The notes below the pieces were generated by a model. It made no database searches. It was not told the DNA's origin and saw nothing but the letters and a program-made list of their open reading frames with translations. A stretch of DNA of 59,504 nucleotides from NCBI GenBank assembly GCA_052326845.1, contig JBKQJR010000005.1. One strand, given 5' to 3'. The stretch is from Acidocella sp. GTDB taxonomy: Bacteria > Pseudomonadota > Alphaproteobacteria > Acetobacterales > Acetobacteraceae. Positions 11,342 through 20,106 of this stretch are shown here, piece after piece; positions within the stretch are counted from its first letter, which is position 1; every line of letters begins with the position of its first letter. The position numbers were made by a program, and so were the translations under genes.

Positions 11342-12271
11342 TCATGGCGCGCGGGTCAGCTCGTACAAGGCGACGGCCCCGGCGGCGGAGACGTTCAGGC
11401 TCTCCATCCCGCCCGGCATCGCCAGGGCGCAGACTTCGTCGCAGGTCTCGCGCGTCAGGCGGCGCATGCCCTCGCCCTCGCTGCCCAGCACCAGCGCCAC
11501 TCGCCTTCCGGCGAAATCCTCGCTGCGAAGGCGGCTGGGAGAATGGCCGTCCAGCCCCACCACCCAGACATCGGCGGATTTCAACGCGATCAGCGCGCGC
11601 GCGATGTTAACGATTCGCAGCAGCGGGATCGTCTCCAGCGCGCCGGAGGCCGCTTTTGCCAGCGCGCCGGTTTCCTCCGGGGCGTTGCGGTCCTGGGTGA
11701 TGACGGCGCAGGCGCCGAAGGCCTGGGCCGTGCGCATCAGCGCGCCGACATTGCGTGGATCAAAAATCTGGTCGAGCACCAGAATCGGGCCGGGACGCTT
11801 CAGCGCGTCCAGCAGGGCAGGGGCGGTGAGCTGGTCGGTGAGCAGGGCGATGCCCTGGTGCACGATGCCCGAGCCGGGCCGGGCGCCGAGCAGCGCGTCG
11901 ATTCGGTCGCGCGGGGTGATCTCGGGCTGGATCGGCCATGGCTGCGGGCATTCCGCCGCCAGCGCGGCCTGCGCCTCTTCGGTAATCACGAGTCGGCGGA
12001 AGCGCCGCTGCGGGTTCTTCAGTGCCGCGCCCACCGCATGGGTGCCATACAGCCATACCGCCCCGGCCGGGGTGGCGGCTTGGCCGCGGCTTCCCCCGCG
12101 TCCGTGTTCGCCGCGCGGCGGGCGGGCGCCTTGCGGGTGCTCGGGCTTTTGCTCGCCGCGTCCGGCCAAGCTCAAGCGGTTATCTCCGCCCTGTGCCGGG
12201 CGGCCGGAAATCGGGCGGTTCTGGTCGCCTTGGCGGCCGAATTTGCCGCGGGGAGGGCGGTTCTGGGTCAT
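11342..12271 (-). CDS. rlmB: 23S rRNA Gm2251 2'-O-methyltransferase (TrmH/SpoU family)
   Basis: LYGTHAV, HQGI, DPRNVGA, LGSEGEG and ESLNVS motifs. Divergent from tRNA-Tyr, as usual in alphaproteobacteria. Confidence 0.9.
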   Translation of the reverse strand: MTQNRPPRGKFGRQGDQNRPISGRPAQGGDNRLSLAGRGEQKPEHPQGARPPRGEHGRGGSRGQAATPAGAVWLYGTHAVGAALKNPQRRFRRLVITEEAQAALAAECPQPWPIQPEITPRDRIDALLGARPGSGIVHQGIALLTDQLTAPALLDALKRPGPILVLDQIFDPRNVGALMRTAQAFGACAVITQDRNAPEETGALAKAASGALETIPLLRIVNIARALIALKSADVWVVGLDGHSPSRLRSEDFAGRRVALVLGSEGEGMRRLTRETCDEVCALAMPGGMESLNVSAAGAVALYELTRAP

Positions 12272-12340
12272 GGGCTTTCACTATATCTCCACCCTTGCGT
12301 TGACAACCAAGCCAGTTTCAGAGAAATGAGCAGCCCATAC

Positions 12341-12426
12341 GGAAGGGTGCCCGAGTGGCTAAAGGGGACGGACTGTAAATCCGTTGGCGTGCGCCTACGT
12401 TGGTTCGAATCCAACCCCTTCCACCA
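12341..12426 (+). tRNA. tRNA-Tyr(GTA)
   Basis: Cloverleaf with anticodon arm ACGGA-CTGTAAA-TCCGT, long variable arm and CCA end. TTGACA at 12300..12305 upstream. Confidence 0.97.
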
Positions 12427-12570
12427 AAACCATTCCAAAATGCTACTAGGCTGGCAGTCTGACGCGCATTTTCTGCGCTCCGGTGCTCGCGTACATTAAG
12501 TACGCTCCGCTCCGGTGCTCGAAACTGCACGCCAGCCGACTCAGCCTAGCGCATTTTGGAATGGTTTTGG
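12424..12570. repeat. ~147-bp palindromic (MITE/RPE-like) element, copy 1
   Basis: Perfect 20-bp terminal IR CCAAAACCATTCCAAAATGC / GCATTTTGGAATGGTTTTGG. Its core matches the copy at 26865..27007 in the opposite orientation. Confidence 0.9.
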
Positions 12571-12654
12571 CCGAACGCCTCAAATACATGGGGTTTACTC
12601 GCCCACCGGTATTGTCCTAACCATGGGCTGCCCGGCAACGGGTAGTGCTTGCAC

Positions 12655-12728
12655 GCGGGTGTAGCTCAACGGTAGAGTCCCAGCCTTCCAAGCTGGTTGT
12701 GCGGGTTCGATTCCCGTCACCCGCTCCA
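12655..12728 (+). tRNA. tRNA-Gly(TCC)
   Basis: GCGGGTG...CCAGC-CTTCCAA-GCTGG...TTCGATT...CACCCGCTCCA. Confidence 0.97.
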
Positions 12729-12821
12729 TTTTGCCAGACGCAAAACGTCAGGCTAAAGGGTGCAAACACTTGACAGCGGACGCGCCAGAGTGTGGAAGGC
12801 GCTTTCCGTGCTGGTACGGAT

Positions 12822-12898
12822 AGGGGCGTAGCTCAATTGGTTAGAGCGCCGGTCTCCAAAACCGGAGGTTGAGAGTTCGAGACCCTCCGCCCCTGCCA
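12822..12898 (+). tRNA. tRNA-Trp(CCA)
   Basis: AGGGGCG...CCGGT-CTCCAAA-ACCGG...CGCCCCTGCCA. Precedes secE. TTGACA at 12770..12775. Confidence 0.96.
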
Positions 12899-12940
12899 TC
12901 CCTTCCCAGCACATCATTCGCTGTTTCTCGGAGTTTGGTT

Positions 12941-13135
12941 TTGGCGTTCAACCTGGTGAAATTTGCGCGCGATGTGCGTGCCGAGGCGGCGAAAACCACC
13001 TGGCCCTCGCGCAAGGAGACCCTGCAGACCACGGGGCTCGTGCTTGCCATGGTGATCGTCACGGCCCTGTTTTTCCTGACCGTTGATCAGATCATCGGCG
13101 CTGTCATGCGCGCGCTGTTCGGCGTCGGAAGTTAA
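12941..13135 (+). CDS. secE: Preprotein translocase subunit SecE
   Basis: F.RDVRAEAAKTTWPSRKET plus a TM helix. TTG start after GGAG. Lies between tRNA-Trp and nusG. Confidence 0.93.
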   Translation: MAFNLVKFARDVRAEAAKTTWPSRKETLQTTGLVLAMVIVTALFFLTVDQIIGAVMRALFGVGS

Positions 13136-13146
13136 GGAATTTTTTG

Positions 13147-13677
13147 ATGGCCAAGCGCTGGTACGTCCTGCACGTCTATTCGGGTTTCGAGAAGAAGATC
13201 TCGCAGCAGATCAAGGAACAGGCTGATCTGAAGGGGCTCGCTGATCATATCGGCGAGATCGTGGTGCCGACCGAGGAAGTGACCGAGGTGCGCCGCGCGC
13301 AGAAGGTGAACACCGAGCGCAAGTTCTTCCCCGGCTATGTGCTTATCCACATGGACATGACGGATGACGCCTGGCACCTGGTGAAGGACGTGCCGAAGGT
13401 TACCGGCTTCCTGGGCTCCCGCAACAAGCCGAGCCCGATCACGGACTCCGAGGCCGAGCGCATCATGAAGCAGCAGCTGGAAGGCACGGAAACGCGCCGC
13501 CCCGCCGTGATCTTCGAGATCGGCGAGCAGGTCCGCGTGTCGGACGGCCCGTTCACCAGCTTCAACGGCGTGATCGAAGAGGTGGACGAGGAGAAGGGCC
13601 GCGTGAAGGTCATGGTCTCCATTTTCGGCCGCCCCACGCCGGTGGACCTGGAATACGCCCAGGTCGAGAAGCTCTGA
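13147..13677 (+). CDS. nusG: Transcription factor NusG
   Basis: WYVLHVYSGFE, FFPGYV, KOW motif DGPF.SFNG and VSIFGRPTPV. Confidence 0.98.
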   Translation: MAKRWYVLHVYSGFEKKISQQIKEQADLKGLADHIGEIVVPTEEVTEVRRAQKVNTERKFFPGYVLIHMDMTDDAWHLVKDVPKVTGFLGSRNKPSPITDSEAERIMKQQLEGTETRRPAVIFEIGEQVRVSDGPFTSFNGVIEEVDEEKGRVKVMVSIFGRPTPVDLEYAQVEKL

Positions 13678-13737
13678 CGCACTTGTAATCTCCGCCGCGT
13701 CCCTTACGTTCCGCCTTAATAAGGGGAGAGGGACAAA

Positions 13738-14751
13738 GTGGCTGACGTGAATTCATCCAAGAAACCGCCGCGCTGGGCTCTGTTCGGCGCGGCTGTTGTT
13801 AATGCCATTGCACTCCTGTCCTGGATCGCGAGTTACCTGTTGGTCGGGCAGTATCTCGTCAGCACCGATGACGCTTATCTTGCCGCCGATTCCAGCCTGA
13901 TCGCCGCCAAGGTCGGCGGCTATGTCACCGAGGTCGCGATCGATAACGGCCAGGCGGTCAAGCCGGGCCAGCTTCTCGTAGTCATCGACCCGCGCGACTA
14001 CCAGAACGCCCTGGCCGCGGCCAAGGCGGAAGCCGCCAATGAAGAGGCGGCGCTGGTCCTGCAACAGGCGAAAATCGCCGCGGCCAAGGCGGCAGTACAG
14101 GGCGATATAGCGCGCCTAGCCTTCGCCGAACGCAACCAGATGCGTTACGCCAGCCTCTCCGCCAAGGGCGCCAGCCCGGAGCAGGAGACCGAGCAGGCCA
14201 CCACCGACCTTGCCGCCGCCCGCGCCCAGCTTGATGCCGATAACGCCAATCTTCAGGCCGCCATAGCCGAGGTGGAGGTGCTGAACGCCGCCCTGGCCCG
14301 TGCCAAGGCAGAGGCGGCGCAGGCGGCGCTGGACCTGACCCATGCCGAGATTCGCGCCCCGATGGCGGGCATCGTCGGCAACAAGAGCGTCTCGGTCGGC
14401 GATTATCTGCAGCCAGGCACGCAGATCATGGCCATCGTGCCGCTTGCTCAGGTCTATGTGCTGGCCAATTACAAGGAGACCCAGATCACCCACATGGTCC
14501 CCGGCCAGAAGGTGACGGTGCATGTCGATGGCTTCCCCAGCCTGGACGTGCGGGGCTATGTCGATGCTATCTACCCTGCTTCGGGGCAGACCTTCGCCCT
14601 GCTGCCGCCAGATAACGCTACCGGCAACTTCACCAAGATCGTGCAGCGCGTGCCGGTGAAGATCCTGCTCGACCTGACGCCGGATGAAATTGGCAAGCTG
14701 CGGCCCGGCATGTCGGTGGAGCCGGAAATCGACACGCGCAGCCAGCCGTGA
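13738..14751 (+). CDS. EmrA/HlyD-family membrane fusion protein
   Basis: STDDAY, ANYKETQ and LLPPDNATGNFTKIVQRVPVKI motifs. Confidence 0.93.
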   Translation: MADVNSSKKPPRWALFGAAVVNAIALLSWIASYLLVGQYLVSTDDAYLAADSSLIAAKVGGYVTEVAIDNGQAVKPGQLLVVIDPRDYQNALAAAKAEAANEEAALVLQQAKIAAAKAAVQGDIARLAFAERNQMRYASLSAKGASPEQETEQATTDLAAARAQLDADNANLQAAIAEVEVLNAALARAKAEAAQAALDLTHAEIRAPMAGIVGNKSVSVGDYLQPGTQIMAIVPLAQVYVLANYKETQITHMVPGQKVTVHVDGFPSLDVRGYVDAIYPASGQTFALLPPDNATGNFTKIVQRVPVKILLDLTPDEIGKLRPGMSVEPEIDTRSQP

Positions 14752-16310
14752 CGGCGCCCGAGAAAGTCCCGCTGCGCAACATTGTCGCCGTGGCGGGCGG
14801 GCTGATCGGCGCGTTCATGGCGGTGCTCAACATCCAGGTGGTGAATACCTCGCTGCCCGACATCCAGGGCGGCATCGGTGCCGGGCTCGATGACGGCGGT
14901 TGGATCTCCACCGCCTACCTGATCGGTGAGATCGTCGTCATCCCGCTCTCGGGCTGGCTGACCACGGTGTTCTCGCTGCGCCGCTACCTCATCGCGAATA
15001 CGGCATTGTTCCTGCTGTTTTCGGCCGCCTGCGGCCTGGTCACCACCTTCCCCGAGATGGTGGCGCTGCGCGCCCTGCAGGGGTTCGCGGGCGGCGTGCT
15101 CATCCCGCTCGGCCTGCTCTGTGTCATGACGCTGTTGCCTGAGCGGACCCGCCCCGTCGGCTTCGCCGTGTTCGCGCTCTCGGCCACCTTCGCCCCGGCC
15201 ATAGGCCCCACCATTGGCGGCGCGATCACCGACCTCTACGGCTGGCGCTATATCTTCTTCCTCAACCTGGTTCCCGGGGCGCTTATGCTCAGCGCTCTCG
15301 TCTGGGGGCTGAAGCCCGCGCCTATGCAGCTGGAGAAATTCTGGCAGGGGGACTGGCTCGGCGTCATCACCATGAGCGTCGGGCTGAGCACGCTGCAGGT
15401 GGTGCTGGAGGAGGGCAACAAGGATGACTGGTTCGGCTCGCCGCTCATCCTGCGGCTTTCCATCGTCTCCGCCATCTCGCTAGTCGCCTTCCTGGTGCAG
15501 GAACTGCGCCCCGGCAACAAGGCGCCGCTGGTGAATCTGTATCTGTTCACCCGGCGCAATTTTGCCTTCTCCAGCATCGCCAACTCCATGCTCGGCTTCG
15601 TGCTGTACTCGGCAGTGTATCTTATCCCGCTCTACCTCGCGGTGGTGCATGGCTACAGCGCGGAGCAGGCTGGCTTGGTCATGGCCTGGATCGGCCTGCC
15701 GCAACTCCTCATCATCCCGTTCAGCCCGTATCTGATGCGCCGGATCGACCCGCGCCTGCTGCTCGGGGCGGGGCTCCTGCTGTTCACCATCAGCTCGTTC
15801 ATGAACATGAACCTGGGGCCGGACGATAGCGGGCCGCAGATGCTCGTGCCCAATCTCATCCGCGCGATCGGCCAGGCGTTGGTATTCCCGTCGATGACAC
15901 TCATCGCCACGGCGGGGATTCCGCTGAAGGATGCCGGGTCCGCCTCGGTCCTGTTTAACATGCTGCGCAACCTGGGCGGGGCCATCGGCATCGCCGTGGT
16001 GCAGACCTTCCTCACCAACCGCGAGAAGTTCCACTCGGCGATCATCACCCCCGACATCAGCCTGCTCAATCCCGCGACACAGCAGCGCCTCCAAATGTTG
16101 CAGAATTATTTCATGGCGCATGGGATGAATGACCCCAGTGCGGCGCAGGCCCAGGCGGTTCAGCTGCTCGGCGTTACGGTGCGCCTGCAGGCGGATTATT
16201 TCGCCTATGGCGATGCCTTCGCCCTGCTGGGCGCGGCCATGCTCGTCTCCATCGCCGCCACGGCATGTCTGCAAAAGGTCACCGGCCACGCGGCGCCCGG
16301 GGGGCACTAA
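14748..16310 (+). CDS. EmrB/QacA (DHA2) MFS efflux permease
   Basis: GAFMAVLNIQVVNTSLPDI, WISTAYL, FAPAIGPTIGG, VLEEG..DDWF and LRNLGGAIG motifs. GTGA overlap with the upstream gene. Confidence 0.93.
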   Translation: MTAPEKVPLRNIVAVAGGLIGAFMAVLNIQVVNTSLPDIQGGIGAGLDDGGWISTAYLIGEIVVIPLSGWLTTVFSLRRYLIANTALFLLFSAACGLVTTFPEMVALRALQGFAGGVLIPLGLLCVMTLLPERTRPVGFAVFALSATFAPAIGPTIGGAITDLYGWRYIFFLNLVPGALMLSALVWGLKPAPMQLEKFWQGDWLGVITMSVGLSTLQVVLEEGNKDDWFGSPLILRLSIVSAISLVAFLVQELRPGNKAPLVNLYLFTRRNFAFSSIANSMLGFVLYSAVYLIPLYLAVVHGYSAEQAGLVMAWIGLPQLLIIPFSPYLMRRIDPRLLLGAGLLLFTISSFMNMNLGPDDSGPQMLVPNLIRAIGQALVFPSMTLIATAGIPLKDAGSASVLFNMLRNLGGAIGIAVVQTFLTNREKFHSAIITPDISLLNPATQQRLQMLQNYFMAHGMNDPSAAQAQAVQLLGVTVRLQADYFAYGDAFALLGAAMLVSIAATACLQKVTGHAAPGGH

Positions 16311-16405
16311 CCACCGGCGGAATTGTGGCGGCGGCTTGATCTACGTCATTTCATAAAACTGTTTTAAATTGAAAACAGTGCGCACTAGATTGGATGCGGC
16401 ACTTG

Positions 16406-16441
16406 TGGATAGTTTCACATTGCTGGATAGTTTCACATTGC
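16406..16441. repeat. Perfect 18-bp tandem duplication upstream of phbB
   Basis: TGGATAGTTTCACATTGC x2 (16406..16423, 16424..16441). Confidence 0.95.
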
Positions 16442-16500
16442 GGCTTATAACCGGCCGCGATTCAGTCTAGCGTCGTGAAAACCCTGGAGGAACACTTAAT

Positions 16501-17223
16501 ATGTCTCGCGTAGCATTGGTCACCGGCGGCACTCGTGGAATTGGCGCGGCTATCAGCATCGCCCTCAAAGAGGCGGGCCGCACCGTCATCGCCAGCTATG
16601 CTGGCAACACCGCCGCGGCTGAGGCCTTCACCAACGAAACCGGGATCGAATCGATCAAGTTTGACGCCGGCAATTATGAAGAATCTGTTGCGGCGGTGAA
16701 CGACATCACCGCCCGCCACGGCGCCATCGAGATCCTGATCAATAACGCTGGCATCACCCGCGACTCCGTGCTCGGCAGGATGACCCGCGACATGTGGGAT
16801 GCGGTGATCGATACGAATCTCGGCTCCTGCTTCAACCTGTGCAAGGCCACGTTCGATGGCATGAAGGCGAAGAAGTTCGGCCGCATCGTCAATATCGGCT
16901 CGATCAACGGCCAGGCCGGCCAGTACGGCCAGGTGAACTATGCCGCCGCCAAATCCGGCATCCATGGCTTCACCAAGGCCCTGGCGCAGGAAGGCGCGCG
17001 CTACGCCATCACGGTGAACGCCGTCGCGCCTGGTTATGTCGATACCGACATGGTGCGCGCCGTGCCGCCCGACGTGCTGGAGAAGATCATTGCCAAGATC
17101 CCCCGCGGCCGTCTTGGCACCGCCCATGACATCGCCCGCGGCGTGGCGTTCCTCACCGCCGACGACGCGGATTTCATTACGGGCTCCACCCTCTCCATCA
17201 ACGGCGGCCAGCACATGTACTAA
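16501..17223 (+). CDS. phbB: Acetoacetyl-CoA reductase
   Basis: TGGTRGIG, NNAGITRD, SINGQAGQYGQVNYAAAKSG and TLSINGGQHM motifs. GGAGG RBS. Confidence 0.93.
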   Translation: MSRVALVTGGTRGIGAAISIALKEAGRTVIASYAGNTAAAEAFTNETGIESIKFDAGNYEESVAAVNDITARHGAIEILINNAGITRDSVLGRMTRDMWDAVIDTNLGSCFNLCKATFDGMKAKKFGRIVNIGSINGQAGQYGQVNYAAAKSGIHGFTKALAQEGARYAITVNAVAPGYVDTDMVRAVPPDVLEKIIAKIPRGRLGTAHDIARGVAFLTADDADFITGSTLSINGGQHMY

Positions 17224-17250
17224 TCCCGGGCGGGGTAGCCTGGGATACGG

Positions 17251-17284
17251 AAAGGCCAAGGGGCACTGCCCCCTGGCCTTTTTT
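17251..17284 (+). terminator. Intrinsic terminator between convergent phbB and the DinG-family gene
   Basis: AAAGGCCAAGGGGCACTGCCCCCTGGCCTTTTTT. Confidence 0.8.
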
Positions 17285-17292
17285 ATTGGCTG

Positions 17293-20010
17293 CTATCCCT
17301 CCTGGCTCAGGAACCTGCGGATGCCGGTGATGGCCTCCGCAAGACCGGAGCGGATGATGGGCGCGTGTTCGGGGAAGGCGGAGAACAGGCGCGAGGGCAC
17401 CTGCCGGTCCATCAGCACGAACACGCCCCGGTCGTCGGCCCGGCGGATGAGGCGGCCGAAGGCTTGGCGCAGGCGCAGGCGCACGATGGCGTCGTCGTAG
17501 TCCTTGGGTGCGCCGTGGGAGAGATGCGCGCGGCGGGTGCGGTGCAGGATGTCCGGGCGCGGCCAGGGCGTGCGCTCGAACACCACCAGGCGCAGCGCGT
17601 TGCCGGGGATGTCCACGCCGTCGCGCATGGCATCGGTGCCGAGCAGGCAGGAATGTTCCTCGGCGCGGAAGATGTCGACCAAGGTGGCGTTGTCCATCGC
17701 GTCCACATGCTGGGCGTAGAGCGGGATGCCGGCATCCTCCAGCTTCGGCGCGATGCGCGCATGCACGGCCTTGAGGCGCGAGATGGCGGTGAACAGCCCC
17801 AAGCCCCCGCCGCCCGCGGCCTGGAATAGCGCCTGATACGCCCCGGCGAGCGCGCCGATATCCTGCGTGTTCACATCCGAGACCAGCACGATGCGCGTGC
17901 GCTCGGCATAGTCGAACGGTGAGTCGAACGCCGCGCGGATGGCGGGCGCGGCGAGATGCACGGCCCCGGTGCGGGCCTCGGCATTCTCCCAGGCGGTTTC
18001 CGTATCGGTGCCGTCGCGCAGCGTGGCGGAGGTGATGAGCAGCCCGTGCGCCGGGGCGGCGATGCTCTGGATGAAGGCTTCCGTCGGGTCCAGCATATGC
18101 GAGAGCAGCGCGACATCGCGGTCGGTCCCGGCCTCGCGGTCCAGGCGCAGGAACTCGATGCGCGCCGGGCGTTCGCCGGGGGCGGGTTCGGCGGCCAGCC
18201 CGTCGAGGATGCGCCGCCAAGCGGCGAGCGGGTCGATGCCCCGGCGTTTCAGGCCACGGGCGATGCCCTCCAGACGCTGGCGGGTGGTTTCCTCGATGTC
18301 CGGCTCAGTCTCCAGCCGCTCCAGCATATGCTCGCGCAACGTCACAAGGGGAGTGCGCAACTGCTCCAGCGCCTGCGAGAGGGCCTGTGCTGCCGGGAGG
18401 ATGTCCGGGTTCAGCGGGTGCAGATCAGCCTCGAACCCGGCTGCGCCATTCAGCTCGTTCTCGGTGGCGCGGGCACGGAGCTGGACGCGCAACGCGCGCA
18501 GCAGCGCCTCCGCAGGGTTTTTATCCGGCTCCAGCTCCGGGTCGAGCCGCGTGGAGAACATCGGCGCGGGAAGGGATTTCGCGGCCTTCAGCGCTGCGTC
18601 GACGTATTTCAGCGTCTTGTCGTCGGTGGCGGTGATGTCCTCCAGCCGCCGGGCCAGCCCACGGGCGCGCGAGCGCGTGCCCTCGGCGCCGAGCAGCCAG
18701 CGCCGTAGCTCGGCCATGGCGGTGCCGGAAAGCTCCACCGAGAACGCGCTGTCCGCCGCGTCGAAAATGTGGTGGCCTTCGTCGAACACGTAGCGGGTTG
18801 GCACGTAGTCGTCATCCAGCCCGCCCCACACGGCCTGGGCCATCACCAGCGCGTGGTTGGCGATGACGAGGTCCGCCTCGCGGGCGTTGCGGACGACGCG
18901 CTCGATCACGCAGGTGGAGAAATGCGGGCAGGCGGCATGGATGCATTCGCCGCGCCGGTCGGCGATCTGCGCGAGTAGCGCGCCGCCAAAGAGTTCGGCG
19001 AACCAGCCGGGCAGGTCGCCGCCGAACAGGTCGCCATCGGCGCTGGCCATGGCCCAGCGGGCGATCAGTCCGAGCGGGGTGGCGTAGCGCTCTACGCCGC
19101 TCGCATCCTCGAAATTCAGCAGGCAGAGATAATTCTCCCGCCCCTTGCGCAGCACCACCTTGGTGCCGGCGGGCAGGCGGCTTGCCTCCTGCTCGATCTG
19201 CCGCTGCAAATGCCGTGTGTAGGTGGAGATCCACACCGCGCCCTTGTTCTGCTCGGCCCAGAGCGAGGCAGGGGCAAGGTAGCCGAACGTCTTGCCCGTG
19301 CCGGTGCCGGCCTCGGCAATGACGACATGCGGGCTCCCCTCCGCCAGCCGCGGGGCGAAGGCTTCCGACACGGCGGAGGCGTAGTCGGCCTGGGCCGGGC
19401 GCTGTTCTGCGCCGGGGCCAAGCAGGGTGGCGAGCCGGGCGCGGGCCTGGGCCGAGGTGACAGCGAAGGCGGATGGTGGCGGGCGGGGGGCGACTTCCTC
19501 CCATTTCGGCAGGCGCTTGCCCAGCCGCATCGCCATGCCGTCCGGCCTTGCATCGGGCTGGCCCAAAGCCGCCAGCACATAGGGCGCCCAGCCCCAGCCT
19601 GCAGCCCCCATGCGCGTGGCAAGGCCAGGGGCGTCGCGGTTGGCCGGGGTGTTCTTGCCCGCGGCCAGCCGTGCGAGCAGCGCCTCGGCCATGTCCGCCA
19701 GGGCTAAGGCGGCGGAGTCCAGGCTGTGCGGCACGTCCATGTCCAGCGCGCGGGCGAGTCCGGCGGGGGTGGGGGCCAGCGTTTCCGCCGGGCAGATGAA
19801 GGCGAACAGCTCCAGCAGGTCCAGCACCTGGATGGCCGGGTTGCCGAGGCGTTTCAGTGTCGCCGGGCCATGCACCACCAGGGCCGTGGCCTCGCCGAGC
19901 TGGCGCGCCACGCCGCCTTGCTTCACCGGCGCGACCACGCCATCCACCCCCAGGATGACGGCGCGGCCGTGACCGGCGACCAGAGCGGGCATGGACGGAA
20001 GAATCGGCAT
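17293..20010 (-). CDS. ATP-dependent DinG-family helicase
   Basis: EAGTGTGKT, KGRENYLC, Fe-S cysteines (ECIHAACPHFSTC), ANHAL, DEGHH, TSATL, SPFDY and QAFGRLIR motifs. Confidence 0.92.
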   Translation of the reverse strand: MPILPSMPALVAGHGRAVILGVDGVVAPVKQGGVARQLGEATALVVHGPATLKRLGNPAIQVLDLLELFAFICPAETLAPTPAGLARALDMDVPHSLDSAALALADMAEALLARLAAGKNTPANRDAPGLATRMGAAGWGWAPYVLAALGQPDARPDGMAMRLGKRLPKWEEVAPRPPPSAFAVTSAQARARLATLLGPGAEQRPAQADYASAVSEAFAPRLAEGSPHVVIAEAGTGTGKTFGYLAPASLWAEQNKGAVWISTYTRHLQRQIEQEASRLPAGTKVVLRKGRENYLCLLNFEDASGVERYATPLGLIARWAMASADGDLFGGDLPGWFAELFGGALLAQIADRRGECIHAACPHFSTCVIERVVRNAREADLVIANHALVMAQAVWGGLDDDYVPTRYVFDEGHHIFDAADSAFSVELSGTAMAELRRWLLGAEGTRSRARGLARRLEDITATDDKTLKYVDAALKAAKSLPAPMFSTRLDPELEPDKNPAEALLRALRVQLRARATENELNGAAGFEADLHPLNPDILPAAQALSQALEQLRTPLVTLREHMLERLETEPDIEETTRQRLEGIARGLKRRGIDPLAAWRRILDGLAAEPAPGERPARIEFLRLDREAGTDRDVALLSHMLDPTEAFIQSIAAPAHGLLITSATLRDGTDTETAWENAEARTGAVHLAAPAIRAAFDSPFDYAERTRIVLVSDVNTQDIGALAGAYQALFQAAGGGGLGLFTAISRLKAVHARIAPKLEDAGIPLYAQHVDAMDNATLVDIFRAEEHSCLLGTDAMRDGVDIPGNALRLVVFERTPWPRPDILHRTRRAHLSHGAPKDYDDAIVRLRLRQAFGRLIRRADDRGVFVLMDRQVPSRLFSAFPEHAPIIRSGLAEAITGIRRFLSQEG

Positions 20011-20106
20011 ACCTGGCTGTTATACGGCGCTGTTCACGCTTTGTCTCGTCTGCTGAACGCAGGCCCTGTTGCGGGCGTGCAAATCCGGTTCTAGAGCAGG
20101 CGCATC

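Noticed and set aside
11282-12499. 405-aa plus-strand ORF
   Set aside because: Antisense to rlmB and runs through tRNA-Tyr.
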